Origin: Andalucia godoyi And28
Lineage: Eukaryota; Protista; Jakobida
Length of the DNA: 64,000 bases
Reading direction: 5' to 3'
Assembly (NCBI GenBank): GCA_009859145.1
Contig: VRVR01000001.1
Coordinates: 16,463-80,462, forward strand
Shown: in pieces, positions 29,949 through 38,538 of the stretch
Numbering within the stretch: the first letter of the stretch is position 1
Layout of the letters: each line of letters starts with the position of its first letter
The notes under the pieces: model-generated
What the model was told of the DNA's origin: nothing
Seen by the model: the letters and a program-made list of their open reading frames with translations, nothing else
Databases searched by the model: none
Position numbers and translations under genes: made by a program

Positions 29949-29995
29949 AACATGAACATGCTCCTCCCCTTCCCCGCCCCTCTTTTTTTTTTTTT

Positions 29996-30035
29996 GGTTT
30001 GGTTTGGTTTGGTTTGGTTTGGTTTGGTTTGTTTG
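29996..30035. repeat. (GGTTT)n pentamer tract
   Basis: Visible in the convergent spacer between the carrier and DRC2. Confidence 0.9.
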
Positions 30036-30171
30036 TTTTTATATATATGTACAGGTTTGAATTATTCATTCCCCTTTCCATTCGACCCCCTTCTTCCAAT
30101 CAAAATATGAAGAGGAAATCAGGCAAGAAAAATGCGCAACAGGGAAGCAAGGGCAGGATCGCTGCTGATTT

Positions 30172-31710
30172 TTAGCGAGCCATCTGATGAACGACAATCG
30201 CTGCCTCCACCAATCCCCTTCCGTTCGTCGCACCCAATTCGGAACGCTTCTTGCGCGGTGCCTGGTTGACCACCATGAGTGGGTTGGCACGGTTCATGAC
30301 ATCTTCGTTGACTGAGACCCCGTCCAAGTACTCCTTCAGCATGGCCTTCAAAGAACCGTTTTCCTCGACAAGCCGAGTGCGCTCTTCTTCCAGCGCCATC
30401 TTATCCAGCGTAACCTTGTTCAGTCGCTTGTAGAATCCTTCAAGCGGTGCAAGAATTCCATCGTAATCAACAGAGGTGACTGCACCGTCAAGCTGCAGGA
30501 CTTGCACACCATCCACGGACGTTTCGACGGATGTTTGAGGCACGAGTCCACCACCATCTGCAATGACTTGCTCACGCGCCAGGGCTTCTTCGTCTCCATT
30601 GAGATTGGTCTTGTAAAACGGAATAACCTTCTCCCGCTCCGTCTCCAGTTTTGCATTCATTTCGACGAGCCGCAAGATTCGATCACCTTGTGCAACGCGA
30701 TCCTCCAACACCTTGATCGTCTTGTGAGCATTCGAGACGAGTTCCGCAATGTGCTTCCTTTCGCTTTCCCGGAACCGATTCATGTGCTCCTTCAGATCCT
30801 TCAGATGCCGCAGAATGTTCTCCTTTTCGGCACGCAGCGTCGTGTTGCGCACTTCGCCATCACGAACAGCATTCGCAAGTTTTGCTTTCCAATGCGCGAG
30901 TTGTTCTTGCAGTCTTTGGATTTTCCGCATCTGCGTGTCAATTGTCTTTGCGGTTTCCTGGTCCTGAGACATCAGATTCTGGTACTCCTTCAGAGTGCCT
31001 TCTGTAGCTGCGGTATACGCATCGTGCTCCTCCTGCATGCGATGTCTGTATTCCTCGATAATCTTTTCAAGCGTGATCTTGAGAACCGTGTACTCCTCTG
31101 TGTTCTTGTTCTTCAAATCGTCACGCTGCGTGCTAAACTCTTGTTTCATCTCATCTTCGGCTGATTCATGCTCCTTCTTCATCGCAGCAATAATGTCTTC
31201 GATTTCCTGCTTCTCGTCCTCGTTTTTCCGGATAATCCCCTTTCGTTCTTCATCAAACTCAATCTGCAAATCATGCAACTGCACTTCAAACTCTCGCTCA
31301 AAGTCCGAAATCCGCTCTCGATGCAGCGCAATCAATGCATCCACGTTCTGTAAATGCGTCCGAAGCGTCATCCTGTACTGTTCCTCCGCCTCATCCAAGT
31401 CCGCAAGTAACATGCTGAGAATTGCATCTTTGCGATCCACCTGTCGATCATGTTGCTGCGCAAGAACTTCAATCTGCTTCTTCAGCTCAATCGTCTTTGC
31501 CTCACGCATCTTATCTCTCCAGAAATTCTCAATAAGCTTCGCATTCACCGCAGACAACTTTGTCTCCTCTTCCAACTTTTGCAAAAGCCGAATCCGATTC
31601 CACTCCTCCTTCTTCTTCGCCTCCTCCTCCGCCTTCAAAGCATCAACCTCCAGAGAAAGGCCATCTTTTACCTTTGCAGATCCTTTAACCTTCTTTCCAG
31701 CTTTCGGCAT
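30172..31710 (-). CDS. CCDC65: Nexin-dynein regulatory complex subunit DRC2
   Basis: 512 aa coiled coil. WRDKMREAKTIELKKQIEVLAQQHDRQVDRKDAIL..DLDEAEEQY..HLQNVDALI, ETEREKV.PF, FYKRLNKV.LD and LKEYLDGVSVNEDV..NPL.VVN. Confidence 0.92.
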   Translation of the reverse strand: MPKAGKKVKGSAKVKDGLSLEVDALKAEEEAKKKEEWNRIRLLQKLEEETKLSAVNAKLIENFWRDKMREAKTIELKKQIEVLAQQHDRQVDRKDAILSMLLADLDEAEEQYRMTLRTHLQNVDALIALHRERISDFEREFEVQLHDLQIEFDEERKGIIRKNEDEKQEIEDIIAAMKKEHESAEDEMKQEFSTQRDDLKNKNTEEYTVLKITLEKIIEEYRHRMQEEHDAYTAATEGTLKEYQNLMSQDQETAKTIDTQMRKIQRLQEQLAHWKAKLANAVRDGEVRNTTLRAEKENILRHLKDLKEHMNRFRESERKHIAELVSNAHKTIKVLEDRVAQGDRILRLVEMNAKLETEREKVIPFYKTNLNGDEEALAREQVIADGGGLVPQTSVETSVDGVQVLQLDGAVTSVDYDGILAPLEGFYKRLNKVTLDKMALEEERTRLVEENGSLKAMLKEYLDGVSVNEDVMNRANPLMVVNQAPRKKRSELGATNGRGLVEAAIVVHQMAR

Positions 31711-32985
31711 GACAGAGCACCAATGTAGAATAGATGTCTACTACTGCTACTACAAAACAGAGTTAAACGGAAAAACAAGAACGAAACACTTTGAAAATGA
31801 AAAAAAAAGAGGAAAGGGAGAAGGAGAAGGAAAAAAATAAAGCCAAAAAAATTAAAAAAAGAAAATTAAAAATTAAAAGAAGTGAATGAATAGCAACGAA
31901 TGAACAGACAATCAAGCACGCGAAGGAACGGAATTGGCAGCAACGGTTGACAGCTTTGTGCTTCAACGTTGAAAAACATCAACAATACGCATTTCCTACC
32001 GTAGTCCAGTCCACAATTTCTTTTCATTCTTTCACATTCTTCCTATTGTTTTTTTATTTCCTGTTCTTGTTGAGCATAGTATTTTTAATCCACGAAGATG
32101 TGAGCGATTTGCGTTTAGAATGCGCTTTCAAGTCATTGATGAGACCGATATGTCAATCCTTCTGGGTCCTGCAGGTCATTTGCCAAATCCTACGGCATCT
32201 CAGCCTTTGCCCTATGACGCTTGGATCGCCAAACACACTCTTCATCGACCTCGACGGGACCACAAACGTCCCGGAGCGGCATCCCGTTTCGGTATTTCCG
32301 TGTGTGTGGAAAGGGTGGGCGAAGACTGGAATGGGGCGAGCAGCAGAACATTTGTGTTGCGAATGCTCCTACGCGGTGGGGATGCACGGTACCTTTCAAT
32401 CTAGTACTTCTTTTCGTGTTGACTATTTTTTAATTGGCATATCTGCAGGCAGTAGAGCTGAGCTGGCAGTCGATTTATCTGTCATCCAACACAATTAAAG
32501 GATTATTTCGGACTACCGATGTGACGCAGCCGCTGGCAACCGCACACCAAACTGTTTGTGCGGAATTCGTCCACGACGATCGGCTTCGCCTACATTATGC
32601 TTTCAGAGAGTCAGAACCCATCTGTCTCAACAGCGAAAGCCCTTGCAGATGTAGGTGTCCGTCCTTCCCATCGCATACTGCCGCCGCCGCACATGCACCT
32701 CCCAGATCGCGCTATATTTCGCATCGTTCTTCGGTTTACGGCATTTTACGGGAAAATACGTACTATTAAATACGTACCCCCGACCACCAACCTCCGTAAA
32801 TAAAAAAAAAAGAAAATAGCCAGCATTACAAGCATCTTGTCTTTCTTCTGACTATGCTGATGTTTTTGTGACGATGCACCTGCAGACTGTGTCGGGAAAA
32901 AAGGAAGCAAAACAAAAAACCAAAAGAGAGAGAAAGAAAGAGGAGTGGGGGTGAGGGAAAAAAGGACTATACGTGCATTGAAAAT

Positions 32986-33909
32986 ATGAGTTCAGAGTCT
33001 GAGAGCGATCCAAGGACGGTGATTCCTGCGACCCAGTTTGCGCCGTCTACGGACCAGTGCAAGATCGCGTACTATCGGTGGGCGGCATCAGAGACGGGTT
33101 CGTCTGCAGTAGGCACACTTTTTCTGATCCATGGATTGGGCGAGCACATTACAAGGTACTCTGCGTTTGCGCGGTACATGAATGAGGCCGGGATTGATGT
33201 TGTCGGAATGGATCATCGGGGACACGGCAATTCGGACGGGCCAAAAGGGAACATTCGGTCCGTGCAACAAGTCATTCGTGACATGGATGCGGTTCTAACG
33301 CATGCAGATGTCCGTGGAAATGTCATCGTCTTTGGGCATTCTATGGGCGGCTGCCTTGCGCTGTGCTACGCTTTTGACGAACAGGAGCGAAACCAAGCAG
33401 ATGATTCACAACAATCGCAATGGACTGTGAAAGGGTATGCGATTTCTGCGCCATGGCTGCGACTTTCTCTGCAACCCCCGAAAATCAAGGTTTGGGCTGG
33501 CAAGCTGATTGGTCGACTCTTCCCCGGAATCACGCTTTCCAATGAAATCGACGTGTCAAAGCTCTCAAGAGATCAGCATGAAAACGAAATCTACAAGAAC
33601 GATCCGCTCAACCACGACAAGATTGCCGGTGGAACGTTTCTGGCAATTTCGGACGTCACAAACGACATGTTTACGATGGAGAAGTACAAGAAGCTGCAGA
33701 AACCCGTCATTATGCTCCACGGAACTGCAGATGCGATCTGCAGTCAGCCAGCCTCAAAGGAGTTTTTCGACAGTCTTGTGTGCGAAGACAAGGAGTATGT
33801 CGTCTTGGACGGCGCATATCATGAATCGTTTGTGGAACTCCCCGAAACCAAGACCGTCTTTTACGAAAAGATACGCACATTCGTCGTGAGTCATTTGCAA
33901 ACGCAATAA
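32986..33909 (+). CDS. Monoacylglycerol lipase / lysophospholipase (Hydrolase_4 alpha/beta-hydrolase)
   Basis: 307 aa. IHGLGEH..RY, DHRGHGNSDG, GHSMGG, HGTADAI and GAYHE catalytic triad motifs. Confidence 0.92.
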   Translation: MSSESESDPRTVIPATQFAPSTDQCKIAYYRWAASETGSSAVGTLFLIHGLGEHITRYSAFARYMNEAGIDVVGMDHRGHGNSDGPKGNIRSVQQVIRDMDAVLTHADVRGNVIVFGHSMGGCLALCYAFDEQERNQADDSQQSQWTVKGYAISAPWLRLSLQPPKIKVWAGKLIGRLFPGITLSNEIDVSKLSRDQHENEIYKNDPLNHDKIAGGTFLAISDVTNDMFTMEKYKKLQKPVIMLHGTADAICSQPASKEFFDSLVCEDKEYVVLDGAYHESFVELPETKTVFYEKIRTFVVSHLQTQ

Positions 33910-33972
33910 ACATTCTCGAACTTGGAAGAAAAGGCTTTGTTGCGGTGGTTGATAGTATGTGTATGTATCATT

Positions 33973-34473
33973 TCAAGACGAAATGCCTGTCTTGACGCAA
34001 GCCAATTTAGCAAGATCATATGTGCTTCCCTGCCAAAAGACTTTTTGACACTCGGAGCACTCAAAAAACAAGTCAAACTTTTCAAACGTGGAAATATGAA
34101 TTCGATCGCGGACGCTTTCCTTGCTATCCACCTTTTGCAACACTCCATTACATTCTGCACAACGAGTGAAAAAGCAAGCTTCGTCCGTGTACACATCCAG
34201 CATCTTGAACACCGCATTCAAATCCGTGTTTTGCACATAGAGCATCCGATGTGCGCCGACCCTCTCGAGGAAATCTCTGTTTCGAAGAATGGTTTTTCGG
34301 TTCGTCATTAATATTCGTTCCGGGTCCGAAACAAGCCGCTCAAGCATTAGTTCTGCATCAAACAGCGAATCGGGAACCCAGTCCGCATCAATTCCATGCA
34401 TCCGCAGCTTCCGAGCAAGCGGACCCAGCAGAGAATCCACAAAAACATGAACGGTCGAAGGATGCCTACTCAT
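33973..34473 (-). CDS. Stand-alone Mut7-C domain protein (PIN-like fold plus zinc ribbon)
   Basis: 166 aa from ATG at 34473. FVDSLLGPLARKLRMHGID, RILMT, FTRCAECNGVL and FECSECQKVFWQGS match the Mut7-C pattern FxxDxxLGxLARxLRxxGxD...RCxxCN...CxxCxKxYWxGS. Confidence 0.85.
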   Translation of the reverse strand: MSRHPSTVHVFVDSLLGPLARKLRMHGIDADWVPDSLFDAELMLERLVSDPERILMTNRKTILRNRDFLERVGAHRMLYVQNTDLNAVFKMLDVYTDEACFFTRCAECNGVLQKVDSKESVRDRIHISTFEKFDLFFECSECQKVFWQGSTYDLAKLACVKTGISS

Positions 34474-34483
34474 TTCCCTGCAG

Positions 34484-34583
<100 letters not shown>

Positions 34584-34875
34584 ACAGACTCCTCTCAGAG
34601 AAATACTAATAAAGGACCACCTGGACAAAAACAACGACGAAACGATATCGTCGGGAACGTTTTTGAGGCTTCAAGCTCTTTCGCATTCGTCAAATCTCCT
34701 TTTTTGGACAGCCTTTTTGTTTTTCAATGCGCACGACAGAATCAAGCTCTTGTCTCAAGGTCGGGCCGCATTATTTTCAGGAAAACACGTCACTTCTGTC
34801 GTGCAGCCGGGGCGCCTTTTATTTATTTAATCAATTTTTTTTTGGGACTGGCAGCTAAGGGTGCGGCACGCTGCC

Positions 34876-34922
34876 AAGGACAAGGACAAGGACAAGGACA
34901 AGGGGCAAGGGCAAGGGGCAAG
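34876..34922. repeat. (CAAGGA/CAAGGG)n hexamer tract
   Basis: Visible just upstream of the DnaQ-like ATG. Confidence 0.88.
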
Positions 34923-34932
34923 GAGGCGGGGA

Positions 34933-35748
34933 ATGAAGTGCTCGACAGCTGCTCATTGGGTGAGACAAGTGCGAACAGTGCCGATTAGCCGATTCTGGTC
35001 ATCATCGCTGGCATCGTATTGGCCGCCTACAGCCGATTTGCCGGACCCTTTTTATAGCTGTGTTCCGGACGATGTTGTGGTTGTCGACGTGGAGGCGTCT
35101 GGGTACTGGAGAGCGGGAAATCCCCGGAAAGATAGAGTGATTGAAGTCGGTGCTGTTCGGCTTAGAGGGCCTGTTGTTGTCGACACGTTTCAATCGCTCG
35201 TGCAGTATTCCGGTCTGTTGTCGACGGACATCATCAACTTGACGAGAATCACACCAGATATGCTGCGCACAGCCCCGGATGTCAAGTCGGTTCTCTCGTC
35301 TTTAGAACGATTCATTGGGACAGACACGCTTGTCGCCCACAACGCCTCCTTTGACGTGTCGTTTCTTCAGTGGGAGTTCCTCCACGAGCGTATTGCGGCT
35401 CCACGAGCGCTGCAGCCATCTGTGCCATCTTCGATGCCTGAGCATCTTCCAAAGGTTTTGTGCTCCCTGAAAATTGCAAGAAGAGTGTTCAAAGAGACAC
35501 AGTCGCATTCCATCGAGAGTCTCATTGGTTATTTGAAGCTCCTTCCTCCGCAACAAGGTTTGCACCGGGCACTGGGAGACGCCATGAGCACCTCGGAAAT
35601 ATGGAATATCATGATGAAGTCCATTCAAACAATGACAAGAAATCATCGGTATCCGTCGCTGCAGCTGCTCGATGCGCTGCAAACAGGCAAAATCGCAGAG
35701 TTTGAGAGTATATGCAGGACTTGGCAGTTCAAAGAACTGGATTGTTGA
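34933..35748 (+). CDS. DEDDh 3'-5' exonuclease, DnaQ/Pol III epsilon-like
   Basis: 271 aa from ATG at 34933. ExoI VVDVEASG, DRVIEVGAV, LTRIT..ML, ExoII VAHNASFDVSFL, CSLKIARR and ExoIII HRALGDA. Confidence 0.92.
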   Translation: MKCSTAAHWVRQVRTVPISRFWSSSLASYWPPTADLPDPFYSCVPDDVVVVDVEASGYWRAGNPRKDRVIEVGAVRLRGPVVVDTFQSLVQYSGLLSTDIINLTRITPDMLRTAPDVKSVLSSLERFIGTDTLVAHNASFDVSFLQWEFLHERIAAPRALQPSVPSSMPEHLPKVLCSLKIARRVFKETQSHSIESLIGYLKLLPPQQGLHRALGDAMSTSEIWNIMMKSIQTMTRNHRYPSLQLLDALQTGKIAEFESICRTWQFKELDC

Positions 35749-35871
35749 CCGATGTACCGGTCCTGGACTCCGGGCATGCTGACAGATTCCGGAAAGAATG
35801 AATCAATGCGACTTGTTCGCCCATTTTACGGGTTTTCGAGCAGAACTGAATTGCAGAACTATCGATGATTG

Positions 35872-38109
35872 CTAGTATTTCAGAGTGAAAATAAGCGTTA
35901 TCACAAGGATCTGCGCGAGACAGAATCCAATATGCACGAATTCGTCTATGCGTCGAAGCTTGCTGTTCCAGTACTCTACATTCTTGTCTGTGAGCTGCAT
36001 GCATCCGAACAACTTACCCAACGGAATGGCCGCGTCTTTCAATTCACTCGAAGCCGTTTTGGATACTTCCTCCTGATGTCCAACTTCTGCTGAACCAGCT
36101 CCAATCTCTTTCATCTCGATTTCGCGAACTTCTTGTCCTGCGGCATCCCCGTTTCTCTTTGCATCTTCTGCGGCTTTCTTTGCAGCTTGCTCTTTTTCCA
36201 TCTTTTTCTGGAGTTCTTGTATCTTGGACTGGGCAGCCGTTACGGCAAGCAACAGGTTGCGAATGGTTATGTGCCAAATAAAAGAAAATAGAATTGTAGC
36301 AAAAGTCCAAAACAAGAAGAGCGACATTCGGTTGATGTTCCGGGTCCGTGGGATCTGGCTGGAAATCGTGTAACTGAAAGCAAGGACACCAGTCAGAGAA
36401 GCACCGGACGACAGGAAGCGACTATCGGACATCTGGTTCACGAAAAACAGAGCTGCAGAACACAGGATAATAACAGACAGTGGAAAGAGAAGCAGAATGA
36501 CGGTGTATGTCGTGATCCGCGTCGCAACGAACTGAGTTCGGATGGTCGCAAATCGGGCTCCCAATAAGGGAACCAATGACTTGCTGCTTTGAGATGCGGA
36601 ACTGAAGTCAAAATCCGAACTTTGGATTTCTTTGAGACTCTCTTCCGTGACCCGCATCCTTGGATTACTGTCTGAAAGGGCTTGGAACACCACTTGTGTG
36701 TCGTCATAGGTTGTCATTATCATATCCACAAACAGACGTTGCGTGTCAAAAGGGTAGTTCTGGCTGTTGAACTGGAACAGAAGAGACTGCTGATACTCCT
36801 CAATCAAGTAAACGACACCATTTTTTAAAATGCCTCCGATTCCCAAAGCTGCATCTGTAGTGGATCCGGAACGCACATTGGAAAACTTCCAAGTGGGAGT
36901 CCAAATCGCCCGGACGAAATCCGACGATTTCCGATCACCAACCCAGACGGCGATGTCCTCCGATAGAACACCGTCGAAACGCGGTTCGTACCAACTAGTA
37001 AGGATTCGCATTTTGGCAATAAAGTTTTCGTTACTAGAATCCACAGACCAGATATCATTGAACGTGATGAGAACGGTGATTTGTGTTTCGTTTTCTTTCT
37101 GACAGTTCGGGTTGTAGTACGGACAGAATAGATGCGGCAAGAGAGCGGGATTGTAACCATAAGGAGGAATACTGTTCGGTTTGCACCACAGAACTTGAAA
37201 ATTGGATCCTCCAAATCCGAGAGTGGCGTTGCGATAAGACAGAGAACCAATCGTTCCCGGCTTCGGTACTGAAGTCACGAGAGGCAGAAGGGTTACCTTG
37301 TCCAGAATGTTGCTTTCCCCCGTACTGAAATACGTCACATCAAGAATCGGAGTCGACTGCTCGGTTTGAATCTTGTACTGGAACAGAAACTCCGTGGTGC
37401 CAGCACTTTCCCGCAGGGTCACAAACGTCGCTACGCCGCCGCTTGTAAGCTGTAACGTCGGAGTGCTGGATCCTGCAGTGTACTTCAGTATCGAATACAC
37501 AGTGACAACGATTTCAATGGTGTCTCCACATGAATACGTCCCTGATGGAGTTGGCGACGAGATCATGGAAATGAACGGCGGATTCGGATTCACAGACGTC
37601 AGTGGCCAGACGGGCGTATTTGGTGGGAAAGTCGAAGCCAACGACGTTCCTGCATACTCGCAGCCGGTGACATTCAGGGGCTGCGAAGAGGCCAGTCCAA
37701 GAGGAGCGGAATAGTCGGTAGACTGGATCGATCGGAGAAATACAAGTTGGTTGTCACATGGAGCAGGAACCCCCGGCAGCAGGTCCAGCAGAGTGCGTCG
37801 CTTCATGTAGACTGCTGCGACAGCCGGCACCTGCGGATCATCCACATTCAAAAACAACGTCGGCTTGCACTGCGTCGGAAGCGCCTCGTCGTCGAACGTT
37901 CCGTTAAACGTTACGTACGTAATGATGCTTTCTCCAGTGAAGAGTGCGTTCCGGATGGTTCCCAGGTTCGACGGCCGCGGAACCAGGCACTGCAGTCCAG
38001 ATTCAAGCGGCAGGGTCACGTCCACCGGATGCAGCTGAGCTGCGAAGCACACCGTCGATACTGCAACCAGAAGCACCAGCAGCAGCCGTCTGATGTCTTG
38101 CATTATCAT
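35872..38109 (-). CDS. Cys-less (Pro-loop) pentameric ligand-gated ion channel with N-terminal Ig-like repeats
   Basis: 745 aa. Signal peptide; ECD motifs DIWSVD..F..K....SWYEPR, IWTP...FSN, NYPFDTQRL; pre-M1 Arg (ATRI); M1 Pro (LFPL); four TM segments with a long M3-M4 loop and RIDE before M4. Confidence 0.85.
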   Translation of the reverse strand: MIMQDIRRLLLVLLVAVSTVCFAAQLHPVDVTLPLESGLQCLVPRPSNLGTIRNALFTGESIITYVTFNGTFDDEALPTQCKPTLFLNVDDPQVPAVAAVYMKRRTLLDLLPGVPAPCDNQLVFLRSIQSTDYSAPLGLASSQPLNVTGCEYAGTSLASTFPPNTPVWPLTSVNPNPPFISMISSPTPSGTYSCGDTIEIVVTVYSILKYTAGSSTPTLQLTSGGVATFVTLRESAGTTEFLFQYKIQTEQSTPILDVTYFSTGESNILDKVTLLPLVTSVPKPGTIGSLSYRNATLGFGGSNFQVLWCKPNSIPPYGYNPALLPHLFCPYYNPNCQKENETQITVLITFNDIWSVDSSNENFIAKMRILTSWYEPRFDGVLSEDIAVWVGDRKSSDFVRAIWTPTWKFSNVRSGSTTDAALGIGGILKNGVVYLIEEYQQSLLFQFNSQNYPFDTQRLFVDMIMTTYDDTQVVFQALSDSNPRMRVTEESLKEIQSSDFDFSSASQSSKSLVPLLGARFATIRTQFVATRITTYTVILLLFPLSVIILCSAALFFVNQMSDSRFLSSGASLTGVLAFSYTISSQIPRTRNINRMSLFLFWTFATILFSFIWHITIRNLLLAVTAAQSKIQELQKKMEKEQAAKKAAEDAKRNGDAAGQEVREIEMKEIGAGSAEVGHQEEVSKTASSELKDAAIPLGKLFGCMQLTDKNVEYWNSKLRRIDEFVHIGFCLAQILVITLIFTLKY

Positions 38110-38538
38110 GCTCTGTTTGCGTTAGAAACTCAAAAAACCACACTGTGAGTAAAGAAGCGAAGAAGAAAAGAAAAGAAAAGTCATTTATATATATATATAT
38201 AGTGGGTGTGTGTATGTGGATTGTCTTCTGGCTGTTGTTTGGATGGTATGATTTTTGAAACAGATGTGGAATCTGCGTTTTCAAACCCTGCTGTAGTGCT
38301 TCGACGGTTGGGGTTTGCTTTCTTTGCACTTACTGTTTTCTGTCGTTTTTTGCCTTTTTCCCTTCATTCCTTTCTTCATTTCCTTCTTTTGTTTTTGGTT
38401 TTTTGTTTGTTCAATCGATCGTTCTTCTATATCTTATTTTTCATATATTTTTTTTAATCATTTAAAATTGCTTGGATTGATATTCATTGGTTTTGATTTT
38501 TATATACTTTCTTCTTCTTCTGTTGGTTGTTTTGCAGA

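Noticed and set aside
32120-32404. 94 aa ATG ORF in the DRC2-lipase spacer
   Set aside because: No recognisable motif and competing ORFs of similar size in other frames.
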